From an uncultured bacterium (GTDB taxonomy: Bacteria > Actinomycetota > UBA4738 > HRBIN12), in the NCBI GenBank assembly GCA_965994715.1, contig CBHFMJ010000002.1, forward strand, positions 1-33,367: DNA of 33,367 nucleotides, given 5' to 3'. This document shows, in pieces, positions 1-8,832 of this stretch (the first letter of the stretch is position 1; every line of letters starts with the position of its first letter). Both the position numbers and the translations under genes were made by a program. The notes beneath the pieces were generated by a model, which made no database searches, had not been told where the DNA came from, and worked only from the letters and a program-made list of their open reading frames with translations.

Positions 1-602
1 AGCCTGCGCTTCTGTGCCTGGAACTCCTCCTCCGTGAGGACGCCGCGCGCTCGGAGGTCGGCGAGCCGCTCCGGCTCCGAGGTGGACGAGTGCGATGACC
101 CGCCGTCGCTGCCGCGCATCATGCGCTGTTGGTTCAGCTCTCCCTGGTGATAGATCGTCTTCTGGACCTCTTCGGGCTGGCGGATGTGATCGAACACCTG
201 GCGGCCCGCCTCGGACGCTGACTGCACCACGAGCGTCCCGGCCCCGATGATGCGGTCGATGACGCCCTGCTCGAACCGCACGTCGTTGATCGCCTCCAGC
301 GGCACCTCCATCGAATACTTCGCGATGAAGCCCCGCCGATGGATGATCCGGTCGCTCGTGACCACGAAGTGGGACGTGAGCCAGTCCACCAGCTTGCGGA
401 CCGGGAACGCGAGCAGGAACAGTCCCCCCGCGATCCCCACCACGGTGTCGAGGATGTTCTCGTCGAACGCGTCGTAGAGGACGAGCATGACCGCGAAGGT
501 CGCGAGCGTCGCGATCGCGGGCATGATCAAAGCGATCCAATGCGGGCGGAGGTCCATGATCAGTTCCTCGCCCGCGATCAGCAACCGGGTCGGGAACGCC
601 AT
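1..602 (-). CDS. Membrane protein with bacterial PH (bPH_2/YdbT-like) domain and SHOCT-like C-terminal motif; 3' end runs off the window
   Basis: Not in the ORF track because it is open at the window edge. My translation from ATG 602: MAFPTRLLIAGEELIMDLRPHWIALIMPAIATLATFAVMLVLY...HFVVTSDRIIHRRGFIAKYSMEVPLEAINDVRFEQGVIDRIIGAGTLVVQSA...ERLADLRARGVLTEEEFQAQKRRL. It has two N-terminal hydrophobic helices followed by a bPH_2-type pattern. The tail resembles a SHOCT motif. GC3 is high. Confidence 0.7.
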   Translation of the reverse strand, partial: MAFPTRLLIAGEELIMDLRPHWIALIMPAIATLATFAVMLVLYDAFDENILDTVVGIAGGLFLLAFPVRKLVDWLTSHFVVTSDRIIHRRGFIAKYSMEVPLEAINDVRFEQGVIDRIIGAGTLVVQSASEAGRQVFDHIRQPEEVQKTIYHQGELNQQRMMRGSDGGSSHSSTSEPERLADLRARGVLTEEEFQAQKRR

Positions 603-608
603 GCGCGG

Positions 609-614
609 AACCTA
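609..614 (-). promoter_or_regulatory. -10-like hexamer TAGGTT, 6 nt upstream of ATG 602 (leaderless architecture)
   Basis: The minus strand reads GCTAGGTTccgcgcATG. It fits TANNNT and no Shine-Dalgarno sequence is possible in the 6-nt spacer. Confidence 0.4.
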
Positions 615-650
615 GCGCGAGGGGCGCCGGCCTCGCAAGCCGGGCATCCG

Positions 651-1403
651 TCAGCCCCGTGCGACGTCGAGGTGCCCGATCTCCCCGAAGGCCACTCGCG
701 CGGGACCGACATCGGTGTCGATGAGCAGCGCGCCCGTGTCGTCGATGTCGACGGCCATCCCACGAGCAACGTCGCCGTCGACGGTGGTGGCCTCGACGCG
801 GCGACCGAGGGTCTGGGAGACGGCCCGCCACCGGCGCGCGATCTCGTCGGCGGACGACCCGATCATCGACGAGCATCGACGGAGGAAGCTCGCGAGGAGG
901 GCCTCCTCGTCCACGTTCCCGATCGCCCCCGCCCCCGGGACGCCTTCGGGCACGTCGATGTTCACGCCGATCCCCACGACGACGTGAACGATGGCCTCGG
1001 CGGAGACCTGCGCTTCACCGAGGATCCCCCCGATCTTCGTGTCGCCGGCCATGAGGTCGTTGGGCCATTTGCATCGGATCTCCACGCCCGCGATCTCAGA
1101 GATCGCTTCCGCCATCGCCGCCCCCGCGGAGAGCGACACGAGTCCGACCCGGTCCGGCGGCCAGTCGGGTCTGAGCACGAGGCTGCACAGCAGCGCCGAT
1201 CCGGGTCGGTCCCGCCAGACGCGTCCGCGCCGGCCTCGGCCGGCCGTCTGATGCGAGGCGGCCACGAGCGTCCAGGACGGCGCCTCCTCGGCCGCCAGTA
1301 CCAGCGCCGTCGCGTTCGTCGACTCGGTCACGTCGTCCCAGCGGACGGGCGCCGACAGACCCGCCGCGGCGAGCGCCCGCTCGAGCGCCTGTTCGCCTAA
1401 CAC
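651..1403 (-). CDS. birA: Biotin--[acetyl-CoA-carboxylase] ligase, group I (no N-terminal HTH)
   Basis: This is the 3' 250 codons of the 820-aa track ORF. The GTG at 1403 gives VLGEQALERALAAAGL... The GRGRRGRVW biotin-binding loop and the KWPNDL motif are present. It is divergent from the biotin-dependent carboxylase gene. Confidence 0.85.
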   Translation of the reverse strand: MLGEQALERALAAAGLSAPVRWDDVTESTNATALVLAAEEAPSWTLVAASHQTAGRGRRGRVWRDRPGSALLCSLVLRPDWPPDRVGLVSLSAGAAMAEAISEIAGVEIRCKWPNDLMAGDTKIGGILGEAQVSAEAIVHVVVGIGVNIDVPEGVPGAGAIGNVDEEALLASFLRRCSSMIGSSADEIARRWRAVSQTLGRRVEATTVDGDVARGMAVDIDDTGALLIDTDVGPARVAFGEIGHLDVARG

Positions 1404-1425
1404 GTGTCCACCGACCTCGACGCTA

Positions 1426-1431
1426 TATCGT
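1426..1431 (+). promoter_or_regulatory. -10-like hexamer TATCGT, 8 nt upstream of accA ATG
   Basis: Sequence is gcTATCGTggcgccacATG. The spacer is part of the 10-bp perfect palindrome GTGGCGCCAC (1430-1439). Confidence 0.35.
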
Positions 1432-1439
1432 GGCGCCAC

Positions 1440-3161
1440 ATGGCGCGGAAGCAGAAGCTCCTGATCGCCAACCGTGGAGAGATCGCGATCCGGATCGCTC
1501 GGACGTGTCGCGACCTCGGCATCGCCACGGTGGCCGTCTATTCCGACGCCGACCATGACGCCCTCCATGTCGAGATCGCCGACGAGTCCTTCCGGATCGG
1601 ACCGGGACTGGCATCCTCGTCCTATCTCGCGATCGATCGGGTCATGGAGGTCGCCGTGAAGTCGAGGGCGACGCTCGTGCATCCCGGGTACGGCTTCCTC
1701 GCGGAACGGGCGGCGTTCGCGGAGGCGGTCGAGGAGGCTGGGCTCGCGTTCGTCGGCCCGCCCTCGCAGGTGATCGCGACGATGGGCGACAAGGCCGCGG
1801 CCCGGCGCGTCGCCGACGCGGCGGGCATGCCCATCGTGCCGGGGACGCGCGAACCGGTGGACCTCGCGCAGGCGAAGAAGCAGGCCGCCCGGATCGGGTT
1901 CCCGCTCATGGTGAAGGCGGCGTTCGGCGGGGGCGGCAAGGGCATGCACGTCGTGCGCGACGCCGACCATCTGGAGGAGTCCCTCAAGCGCGCGGCGCGT
2001 GAGGCGAAGTCGTATTTCGGACGACCCGAGGTGTTCCTCGAGCGCTACGTCGACCGGGCCCATCACGTCGAGGCCCAGATCGTGGCCGATGCCCACGGGA
2101 ACGTGTTCTTCCTCGGCGAACGCGACTGCTCCGTGCAGCGCCGTCACCAGAAGCTGATCGAGGAGACGCCGTCTCCGCGGTTCGACGAGAGGATCCGTGA
2201 GCGCTTCGCCGAGGCGACGACGACCCTGGCGAGGGAGGCCGGCTACGTGAACGCCGGCACGGTCGAGTGCGTGATGGACGAGGACGGGGACTTCTACTTC
2301 CTGGAGATGAACACCCGGCTCCAGGTCGAGCACACGGTGACGGAGATGGTGACGGGCCTCGATCTCGTGGCGCTCCAGATCCGCGTGGCGCTCGGCGAGG
2401 AGCTGGCGCTGGACCCCGCTCCGCGCGGGGTCTCGATCCAGTGCCGCATCAACGCCGAGGACCCCGGCAGGAACTTCCTGCCCGGCCCGGGCCGGGTCAC
2501 CAGGTACCGGGAACCGGCGGGCCCCTTCGTGCGGGTCGATTCCGGCATCGAGCAAGGCCGAGAGATCCCCGGCGACTACGACTCGATGTTCGCCAAGCTG
2601 ATCGTATCTGGGCACGACCGTGAGACGGCCCGGATCCGGATGCTCCGGGCGCTCGACGAGTTCCGGGTGGAGGGCGTGCCCACCACGATCCCCGTGCACC
2701 GGTGGATCCTCGAGTCGAAGGAGTTCCGAGCCTCCAGGCACACGACCACGTGGCTGGAACGCGCACTCGCCGACGCGGAGCTGCCGGCGCACCCGGATCT
2801 CGCCCCGTCCGGCGCCCCTCCCAACCGGCCCGCGGACATCCTGGTCGAGGTGGATGGCCGCCGCGTCCCGGTCCGGATCTTCGACGAGCGGAGGGAGCCC
2901 GCACCGCGACCCCCGGTGACCCCGGACGCGCACCACGGCGAGCACGTCCACGGCGAGATCCTCGCCCCGATGCAGGGCACGATCGTGAAGGTCCTCGTCG
3001 AGAAGGGCCAGGAGGTCCGCCCCGGCGACGTGATCTGCATCCTCGAGGCGATGAAGATGGAGAACCACGTCCCGTCGACGCGGGACGGCGAGGTCACCGA
3101 CCTCCCGATCCACGCCGGGCAGGTCGTGGAGACCGGGCAGGTCCTCGCCGTGATCGACTAG
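1440..3161 (+). CDS. accA: Acetyl/propionyl-CoA carboxylase alpha subunit (biotin carboxylase + biotin carboxyl carrier domain)
   Basis: The ATG at 1440 gives MARKQKLLIANRGEIAIRIARTCRDLG. ATP-grasp core GFPLMVKAAFGGGGKGMHVV is present. The C-terminal biotinyl domain carries the EAMKMEN biotinylation motif. An in-frame GTG at 1404 is an alternative start but would abut birA. Confidence 0.9.
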   Translation: MARKQKLLIANRGEIAIRIARTCRDLGIATVAVYSDADHDALHVEIADESFRIGPGLASSSYLAIDRVMEVAVKSRATLVHPGYGFLAERAAFAEAVEEAGLAFVGPPSQVIATMGDKAAARRVADAAGMPIVPGTREPVDLAQAKKQAARIGFPLMVKAAFGGGGKGMHVVRDADHLEESLKRAAREAKSYFGRPEVFLERYVDRAHHVEAQIVADAHGNVFFLGERDCSVQRRHQKLIEETPSPRFDERIRERFAEATTTLAREAGYVNAGTVECVMDEDGDFYFLEMNTRLQVEHTVTEMVTGLDLVALQIRVALGEELALDPAPRGVSIQCRINAEDPGRNFLPGPGRVTRYREPAGPFVRVDSGIEQGREIPGDYDSMFAKLIVSGHDRETARIRMLRALDEFRVEGVPTTIPVHRWILESKEFRASRHTTTWLERALADAELPAHPDLAPSGAPPNRPADILVEVDGRRVPVRIFDERREPAPRPPVTPDAHHGEHVHGEILAPMQGTIVKVLVEKGQEVRPGDVICILEAMKMENHVPSTRDGEVTDLPIHAGQVVETGQVLAVID

Positions 3162-3846
3162 GGCGACGCCCCCAGGCGTCGCGACCGACGATCCGGAACC
3201 CGGAGTCCTTCACCTTGTAGGTGCGGTTGATCGACACGAGGAGCGCCGTGAGGGACTCGGCGACCCGGGCCATCTCGAGGCGGCCGCAATCCACCCATCG
3301 CATGCCGGGGATGCCGTCGATCAGCGAGCCGACGCGCGCCTTCGCGTCCGCGTCGTCGGCGCACAGCAGCACGTCGCTGTCGACCTCCTGCTCGAGGGCC
3401 TGGAGGGCCTCGGCCGCGATCGTGTGGAGGCCGGCGACCACGCGGGGTCCGCTGCCGAGGATCGCCTGGGCCTGTTCGGCCGTCGACCCGTGCCAGGGGC
3501 GGAGCACCTGCCAGGGCCGCCCGCCGACCGCCGTGGCGAGGGGGCTGGTGGCATCGAGGATCACGGCGCCGGGGGCGACGGCGTCTCTGATCGATCGGGA
3601 GATCTCGGCCTGACCTTCGTCCGGGACGGTGACCACGACGACGCCGTCGCCCCCGGCGCCGGCCGCCGCCGTGGCGTTGTCGGTGCCCTCCAGCGCGGTC
3701 CCGACGCGCTCGGCGGCCTTCGCCGCCGTCTCGGCACCGCGCCCGGCATCCCGGGACCCGATCGTCACATGGTGACCGGCCGCGGCCGCGCGCATCGCCA
3801 CACCGAGTCCCTCCGCGCCCGTCCCACCGATCACCGCCACGTCCAC
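3094..3846 (-). CDS. npdG: NADPH-dependent F420 reductase / NADP oxidoreductase (NpdG/Fno family) with an Arg-rich C-terminal extension
   Basis: The GTG at 3846 lies 10 nt after the mutase stop. Rossmann N-terminus VAVIGGTGAEGLGVAMRAAAAGHHVTIGSRD is present. The family-typical end ...LLVSINRTYKVKDSGFRIVG is followed by about 29 extra residues (RDAWGRRPSRSRRG...). Confidence 0.75.
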   Translation of the reverse strand: MDVAVIGGTGAEGLGVAMRAAAAGHHVTIGSRDAGRGAETAAKAAERVGTALEGTDNATAAAGAGGDGVVVVTVPDEGQAEISRSIRDAVAPGAVILDATSPLATAVGGRPWQVLRPWHGSTAEQAQAILGSGPRVVAGLHTIAAEALQALEQEVDSDVLLCADDADAKARVGSLIDGIPGMRWVDCGRLEMARVAESLTALLVSINRTYKVKDSGFRIVGRDAWGRRPSRSRRGPARSPRPARRGSGGR

Positions 3847-3856
3847 GATGCGCAGC

Positions 3857-5440
3857 CTAGTAGGTGGGGCGATACTCCCCGAAGACGCGACGGAGCGCGT
3901 CGGACACCTCGCCCAACGTCGATCGCAGACGGAGCGCCTCACGCATCGGCGGGAGGAGGTTGCCCGTCCCGCGCGCCGTCTCCTCCACCTCGAGGAGCGC
4001 GGCATCGACGGCCGGCTGATCCCGGGAGGCGCGGAGCTCGCGGAGTCGTTCCATCTGCTGCGCCGTCTCTTCGGCCGAGATCCGCTGGAGCTCGACGGCT
4101 CTGGCATCGGCGTCGACGAATCGGTTCACTCCCACCACGATCCGATCGCCCGCCTCGATCCCTCGTTGGATCCGGAACGCTGCCTCGTGGATCTCGTCCT
4201 GGTAGTAGCCCGCCTCGATCGCGGAGACGGCGCCCCCCATCGCGTCGATCGTCGCCACGATCTCGGTCGCGATCCGTTCCAGCTCGTCGGTGAGCGCCTC
4301 CACGTAGTACGAGCCGCCGAGCGGGTCGACCGTCTCGGCCACGCCCGTCTCGAAGCCGAGGACCTGTTGGGTCCGGAGCGCGATCTTCACCGCCTGCTCC
4401 GTGGGGAGCGCGAGCGCCTCGTCGAACGAGTTGGTGTGGAGCGACTGGGTCCCGCCGAGCACCGCCGCCATCGCTTCCAGCGCCGTGCGCACGATGTTGT
4501 TCTCTGGCTGCTGCGCGGTGAGCGTGGCACCGCCGGTCTGCGTGTGGAAGCGCAGGGTCAGCGACCGTGGGTCCGTCGCCCCGAAGCGATCCCGCATGAT
4601 CGCGGCCCACATCCGTCGCGCGGCGCGGAACTTCGCGATCTCCTCGAAGAAGTGCATGTGGCAGGCGAAGAAGAAGGAGAGGCGCGGCGCCACATCGTCC
4701 ACGGCGAGGCCGGCATCGACGGCCGCCCGCACGTAGGCGATGCCGTTCGCCAGCGTGAACGCGATCTCCTGCGCGGCCGTCGCCCCGGCCTCGCGCATGT
4801 GGTACCCGCTGATCGAGATCGTGTTCCAGCGCGGGATCCGCTCCCCCGCGTACGCGAACAGATCCGTGATCAGACGCATCGACGAGTGCGGCGGGTAGAC
4901 GTACGTCCCGCGTGCCGCGTATTCCTTCAGCAGGTCGTTCTGGACGGTACCGGAGAGGGTGGCGGGGTCGAGGCCCTGCTCCTCCGCCACGAGCTCGTAG
5001 AGGAGGAGGAGGATCGGGGCGGTGGCGTTGATCGTCATCGAGGTGGACACCTGATCCAGCGGGATCCCCGCGAGGAGCCGCCCCATGTCCTCGATCGAAT
5101 CGATCGCGACGCCCGTCTTGCCGACCTCTCCCTCGGCACGGGGGTGATCGGAGTCCAGCCCCATCTGCGTCGGGAGGTCGAAGGCCACGGAGAGACCGGT
5201 CTGACCGTGGTCGAGGAGGTAGCGGAAGCGCCGGTTCGTCTCGTCCGCCGACCCCATCCCGGCGTACTGGCGCATCGTCCACAACCGCCCGCGGTACATG
5301 TCGGGGTAGACGCCGCGGGTGAACGGGAACGAGCCGGGCTCCCCGATGCGGTCGGCGGCCGCCTCGCCCCGGTCCGGCTCGTAGAGCGGCTCGATCCCGA
5401 TACCGGAGTCCGTCGTGCGAGAGGACGGGTCTTCGCCCAT
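3857..5440 (-). CDS. Methylmalonyl-CoA mutase family, catalytic (N-terminal TIM-barrel) subunit without B12-binding domain
   Basis: Motifs [43 protein letters not shown] and [10 protein letters not shown] are present, and the protein ends ...FGEYRPTY. No DxHxxG cobalamin domain is present. I prefer the ATG at 5440 (MGEDPSS...) because the upstream 27 codons are Arg/Pro low-complexity and a TAGGCT -10 sits 10 nt upstream. GTG 5521 is the alternative start. Confidence 0.85.
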   Translation of the reverse strand: MGEDPSSRTTDSGIGIEPLYEPDRGEAAADRIGEPGSFPFTRGVYPDMYRGRLWTMRQYAGMGSADETNRRFRYLLDHGQTGLSVAFDLPTQMGLDSDHPRAEGEVGKTGVAIDSIEDMGRLLAGIPLDQVSTSMTINATAPILLLLYELVAEEQGLDPATLSGTVQNDLLKEYAARGTYVYPPHSSMRLITDLFAYAGERIPRWNTISISGYHMREAGATAAQEIAFTLANGIAYVRAAVDAGLAVDDVAPRLSFFFACHMHFFEEIAKFRAARRMWAAIMRDRFGATDPRSLTLRFHTQTGGATLTAQQPENNIVRTALEAMAAVLGGTQSLHTNSFDEALALPTEQAVKIALRTQQVLGFETGVAETVDPLGGSYYVEALTDELERIATEIVATIDAMGGAVSAIEAGYYQDEIHEAAFRIQRGIEAGDRIVVGVNRFVDADARAVELQRISAEETAQQMERLRELRASRDQPAVDAALLEVEETARGTGNLLPPMREALRLRSTLGEVSDALRRVFGEYRPTY

Positions 5441-5450
5441 GGCGCCACGG

Positions 5451-5456
5451 AGCCTA
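5451..5456 (-). promoter_or_regulatory. -10-like hexamer TAGGCT, 10 nt upstream of mutase ATG 5440
   Basis: The minus strand reads cGATAGGCTccgtggcgccATG. The spacer contains GTGGCGCCA, also found at accA. Confidence 0.3.
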
Positions 5457-5538
5457 TCGCCGGTGGGCGTGGGACGGGTCGGTCGGCCTCCCCGTCCACG
5501 CGAGGGTCGAGCGGTCGACACGACGATCGCGACGACGG

Positions 5539-5544
5539 TAGCGT
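5539..5544 (+). promoter_or_regulatory. -10-like hexamer TAGCGT, 9 nt upstream of methyltransferase ATG
   Basis: Sequence is cggTAGCGTtcccagcccATG, with no SD sequence. Confidence 0.3.
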
Positions 5545-5553
5545 TCCCAGCCC

Positions 5554-6198
5554 ATGGACATCGTCGACCCCCGGATCGAGCGCTACATGGAGGATCGACT
5601 CCGGCGCTTCGACGAGCCCGTGCTCCTAGAGATGGAAGCCTACGCCGAGGAGCACGGGTTCCCGATCGTGGGCCGCAACGTCGGGGTCACGCTCGAGGTC
5701 CTCGCCCGCTCGGCGGGCGCTCGGCGGATCATGGAGCTCGGTTCCGGCTTCGGCTACTCCGCCTACTGGCACGCGCGCGCGGTCGGTGCGGACGGAGAGG
5801 TGCACCTCACCGACGGCGACCGCGACAACGAGGCGCGGGCAGCGGGCTACCTCGAGCGGGCGGGGCTCGCCGCCCGGATCCGGTTCCATGTAGGCGACGC
5901 GGTGCGGGAGTTCGCGGCGCTGCAGGGCGACTTCGACGTGATCTTCACCGACATCGACAAGCACGGATATCCGGCGGCATGGCGGGCCGTGAGCGACCGG
6001 ATCCGTCCCGGCGGGCTGTACGTGTGCGACAACGTCCTCTGGTACGGGCGTGTGGCCGTGGACGACCCGGACGACCGCCGGCCGGGATGGACCGAGGCCG
6101 TCCTGGAGCACAATCGGCTGATCGCGGAGGACGAGCGCTACCTCTCGACGATCGTCCCCACGCGCGACGGTGTCCTGGTCGCGACCCGCGTCGGGTGA
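5554..6198 (+). CDS. Class I SAM-dependent O-methyltransferase (family 3, caffeoyl-CoA OMT-like)
   Basis: The translation has the [18 protein letters not shown]-binding motif I, then [17 protein letters not shown] and [11 protein letters not shown]. This is the typical family-3 OMT layout. Confidence 0.75.
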   Translation: MDIVDPRIERYMEDRLRRFDEPVLLEMEAYAEEHGFPIVGRNVGVTLEVLARSAGARRIMELGSGFGYSAYWHARAVGADGEVHLTDGDRDNEARAAGYLERAGLAARIRFHVGDAVREFAALQGDFDVIFTDIDKHGYPAAWRAVSDRIRPGGLYVCDNVLWYGRVAVDDPDDRRPGWTEAVLEHNRLIAEDERYLSTIVPTRDGVLVATRVG

Positions 6199-6233
6199 CA
6201 TCCACGGCTGGCGGCACCGCGGCGGGCCGACGA

Positions 6234-6239
6234 TAAGCT
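6234..6239 (+). promoter_or_regulatory. -10-like hexamer TAAGCT, 8 nt upstream of sdhC GTG
   Basis: Sequence is cgaTAAGCTgagcctcgGTG. Confidence 0.35.
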
Positions 6240-6247
6240 GAGCCTCG

Positions 6248-6652
6248 GTGAGCACGGAGACCAAACGGAAGGGCCAGTTCGGCCCGCTCTACAAGGGGCA
6301 CGAGGGCCAGTACAGCTGGCTCCTTCACCGGGTGAGCGGCCTCGCGATCATCCTCTTCCTGTTCGCCCACGTCGTGGACACCGCGGTGGTCGGCTGGGGG
6401 CCGGACGCCTACAACCGGGTGGCCTCCGTGTACCACAACCCGTTCATCCGGATGCTGGAGCTCGGGCTCGTTGCGGCTGTCTTGTATCACTCCTTCAACG
6501 GCGTGAAGATCATGCTGATCGATTTCTTCCCGGGACTGACGCGCCACATCCGGTTCCTGGACATCGCGACCGCCCTCCTGTTCGTCGGATCGATGATCCC
6601 CATCACGTGGATCATGGGCTCGGCCATCATCGAGCTCCTCGTGGAGGGCTGA
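6248..6652 (+). CDS. sdhC: Succinate dehydrogenase cytochrome b subunit
   Basis: A 134-aa protein with three hydrophobic helices ([20 protein letters not shown] ...). It is the first gene of an sdhCDAB-ordered operon. Confidence 0.8.
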   Translation: MSTETKRKGQFGPLYKGHEGQYSWLLHRVSGLAIILFLFAHVVDTAVVGWGPDAYNRVASVYHNPFIRMLELGLVAAVLYHSFNGVKIMLIDFFPGLTRHIRFLDIATALLFVGSMIPITWIMGSAIIELLVEG

Positions 6653-6655
6653 CGC

Positions 6656-7096
6656 GTGTCCACGACAGCGGAGGCTCGCCCCGAAGCACCGCTCCCCCAG
6701 GGGAAGCCCGTGGGTGCCGGACGAGGCCGCCCGGTCGGCGGCTTCGAGCTCTGGGCCTGGCTCTTCATGCGGCTCTCCGGCCTGGTCCTGCTCTTCCTCG
6801 CGGTCGGGCACGTCCTGATCATGCACGTCTTCGAAGAGGGGGTGGACCGCGTCGATTTCGCCTTCATCCAGCTCCGGTGGGCGAGCCTCTTCTGGAAGAC
6901 CTGGGACTGGCTGATGTTGGTGCTCGCCCTGCTTCACGGCGTGAACGGACTCCGGATGATCCTGCTCGACTCCGTGCGGCCGGCGGGCGCTCGGCGGGCG
7001 ATCAACGGGTTCTTCGTCGTCCTCGGCGCGGCCCTGATGGCGCTGGGCACGATCATCGTCGTCACCTTCGATCCCTCGAAGTGGCCGGCGTCGTGA
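6656..7096 (+). CDS. sdhD: Succinate dehydrogenase hydrophobic membrane anchor subunit
   Basis: A 146-aa membrane protein ([26 protein letters not shown]). It starts 3 nt after sdhC, and its stop overlaps the sdhA GTG. Confidence 0.75.
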   Translation: MSTTAEARPEAPLPQGKPVGAGRGRPVGGFELWAWLFMRLSGLVLLFLAVGHVLIMHVFEEGVDRVDFAFIQLRWASLFWKTWDWLMLVLALLHGVNGLRMILLDSVRPAGARRAINGFFVVLGAALMALGTIIVVTFDPSKWPAS

Positions 7097-8832
7097 CGAT
7101 CACCCACACGTACGACGCCGTGATCGTGGGGGCCGGCGGGGCCGGTCTTCGCGCCGCGATCGAAGCCTCCGGCCGGGTCGAGACGGCGGTGATCTCCAAG
7201 CTCTACCCCACCCGATCGCACACGGGCGCGGCCCAGGGGGGCGTCTGCGCCGCCCTTGGCAACGTGGAGGAGGACTACCCGGAGTGGCACGCGTTCGACA
7301 CCGTGAAGGGAGGCGACTACCTCGTGGATCAGCCGGCGGCACAGATCCTCACGGAGGAGGCCGTCGGCGCGATCTACGAGCTCGAGCGGTGGGGCCTCCC
7401 CTTCAACCGGACCCCGGAGGGACTGATCGACCAGCGCCGTTTCGGCGGACACACCGCGAACCACGGCGAGCGCGCCGTGAAGCGCGCCTGCTACGCGGCG
7501 GACCGCACCGGGCACATGATCCTGCAGACCCTGTACCAGCAGTGCGTGAAGCGCGACGTGCGGTTCTTCAACGAGTTCTATTGCCTCGATCTGTTGCTCG
7601 CCGACGACGGGCGAACGGCCGGTGTGGTGGCGTACGAGCTCGCGACCGGCGAGCTCCATGTGTTCCGGGCGAAGTCCGTCCTCTTCGCGACCGGGGGGTA
7701 CGGACGGATGTTCCGGGTGTCGTCGAACGCCCACGCCCTCACCGGAGACGGTCTCTCCGTCGCGTTCCGGCGCGGCATCCCCCTCGAGGACATGGAGTTC
7801 TTCCAGTTCCATCCGACGGGCCTCTACCGGCTCGGCGTGCTGCTCTCAGAAGGGGCCCGGGGCGAGGGCGCGGTGATCCGCAACCGCGACGGCGAGCGGT
7901 TCATGGAGCGGTACGCGCCGACGATCAAGGACCTCGCGCCCCGCGACGTCGTCTCCCGTTCGATCTACCAGGAGATCAAGGAGGGCCGGGGGCTCGGGCC
8001 GCGAGGCGACTACGTCCTCCTCGACCTGACGCACCTGGATCCGCGGGTCCTCGAGGAGAAGCTCCCGGACATCACCGAGTTCGCCCGCGTGTACCTCCAG
8101 GTCGAGCCCACGACGGAGCCCGTCCCGATCCAACCCACGGCCCACTACGCGATGGGCGGCATCCCGACCGACGTGCACGCGCGCGTGGTCACCGGACCCG
8201 AGGAGACCCCCGTGCCGGGCCTGTACGCGGCCGGCGAATGCGCCTGCGTCTCGGTCCACGGAGCCAACCGGCTCGGGACTAACTCCCTGCTGGACATCGT
8301 CGTGTTCGGCCGGCGCGGCGGTGATGACATGGCGAGCCATTGCGAGACGACCGACCTCCCGGCGCTGCCGGTCGAGGGCACCACCCAGACCCTCGACCTG
8401 TTGGACGGCATCCTCACGAGGCAGACGGGCGACAACGTCGCCGACATCCGGGCGGAGCTCCAGGACTCGATGTTCGACCTGGCGTTCGTGGTCCGTACCG
8501 AGGAGAGCCTCGCCAAGATGGCCGACATCGTCGGCTCGCTCCGCGAGCGGTACGATCGGATCGCGATCACCGACAAGGGGACCGTCTACAACACGGACCT
8601 GATGGAGGCGGTCGAGGTAGGGTTCCTGCTGGATTGCGCCGCGACCCTCGTGGCCGCCGCGGCGGCGCGCGACGAGAGCCGCGGTGCCCACTACCGCGAG
8701 GATCACCCGCTGCGCGACGACGCCAACTGGCTGAAGCACTCGCTCACGTATCGGAACGACGACGGCTCGATCCGTCTGGATTCGAAGCCAGTGCAGATGG
8801 GCCCGTACGTGCCCATGGAGCGGAAGTACTGA
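7093..8832 (+). CDS. sdhA: Succinate dehydrogenase flavoprotein subunit
   Basis: The GTG at 7093 gives [25 protein letters not shown], an FAD dinucleotide fold. Also present are SHTGAAQGG (covalent FAD His), HPTG and [12 protein letters not shown]. The upstream part of track ORF 6607.. is out of frame with sdhD and is not real. Confidence 0.92.
   Translation: MTITHTYDAVIVGAGGAGLRAAIEASGRVETAVISKLYPTRSHTGAAQGGVCAALGNVEEDYPEWHAFDTVKGGDYLVDQPAAQILTEEAVGAIYELERWGLPFNRTPEGLIDQRRFGGHTANHGERAVKRACYAADRTGHMILQTLYQQCVKRDVRFFNEFYCLDLLLADDGRTAGVVAYELATGELHVFRAKSVLFATGGYGRMFRVSSNAHALTGDGLSVAFRRGIPLEDMEFFQFHPTGLYRLGVLLSEGARGEGAVIRNRDGERFMERYAPTIKDLAPRDVVSRSIYQEIKEGRGLGPRGDYVLLDLTHLDPRVLEEKLPDITEFARVYLQVEPTTEPVPIQPTAHYAMGGIPTDVHARVVTGPEETPVPGLYAAGECACVSVHGANRLGTNSLLDIVVFGRRGGDDMASHCETTDLPALPVEGTTQTLDLLDGILTRQTGDNVADIRAELQDSMFDLAFVVRTEESLAKMADIVGSLRERYDRIAITDKGTVYNTDLMEAVEVGFLLDCAATLVAAAAARDESRGAHYREDHPLRDDANWLKHSLTYRNDDGSIRLDSKPVQMGPYVPMERKY

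Noticed and set aside
1404-1439. BirA acting as a biotin-responsive repressor on the 36-bp birA-accA divergent spacer.
   Set aside because: The predicted BirA is only about 250 aa and starts directly with the catalytic domain. It has no N-terminal winged-helix DNA-binding domain (group I ligase), so it is unlikely to bind DNA itself.
651-3113. An 820-aa ORF on the minus strand.
   Set aside because: Only the last 250 codons (birA, 651-1403) look like a protein. The rest is Arg/Asp/His/Leu/Val-rich low-complexity sequence antisense to the well-supported accA gene, which is a typical stop-free antisense frame in GC-rich DNA.
5441-5521. GTG 5521 as the start of the mutase (the [27 protein letters not shown] extension).
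   Set aside because: The extension is low-complexity Arg/Pro/Gly. The conserved mutase N-terminus begins after the ATG at 5440. A TANNNT hexamer lies just upstream of 5440. It is kept as an alternative, not excluded.
3848-5629. A 593-aa plus-strand ORF, and the 447-aa minus-strand ORF at 3939..5282.
   Set aside because: The first is antisense to, and the second out of frame with, the methylmalonyl-CoA mutase gene. Their translations are Arg/Gly/Pro-rich with no recognisable motifs.
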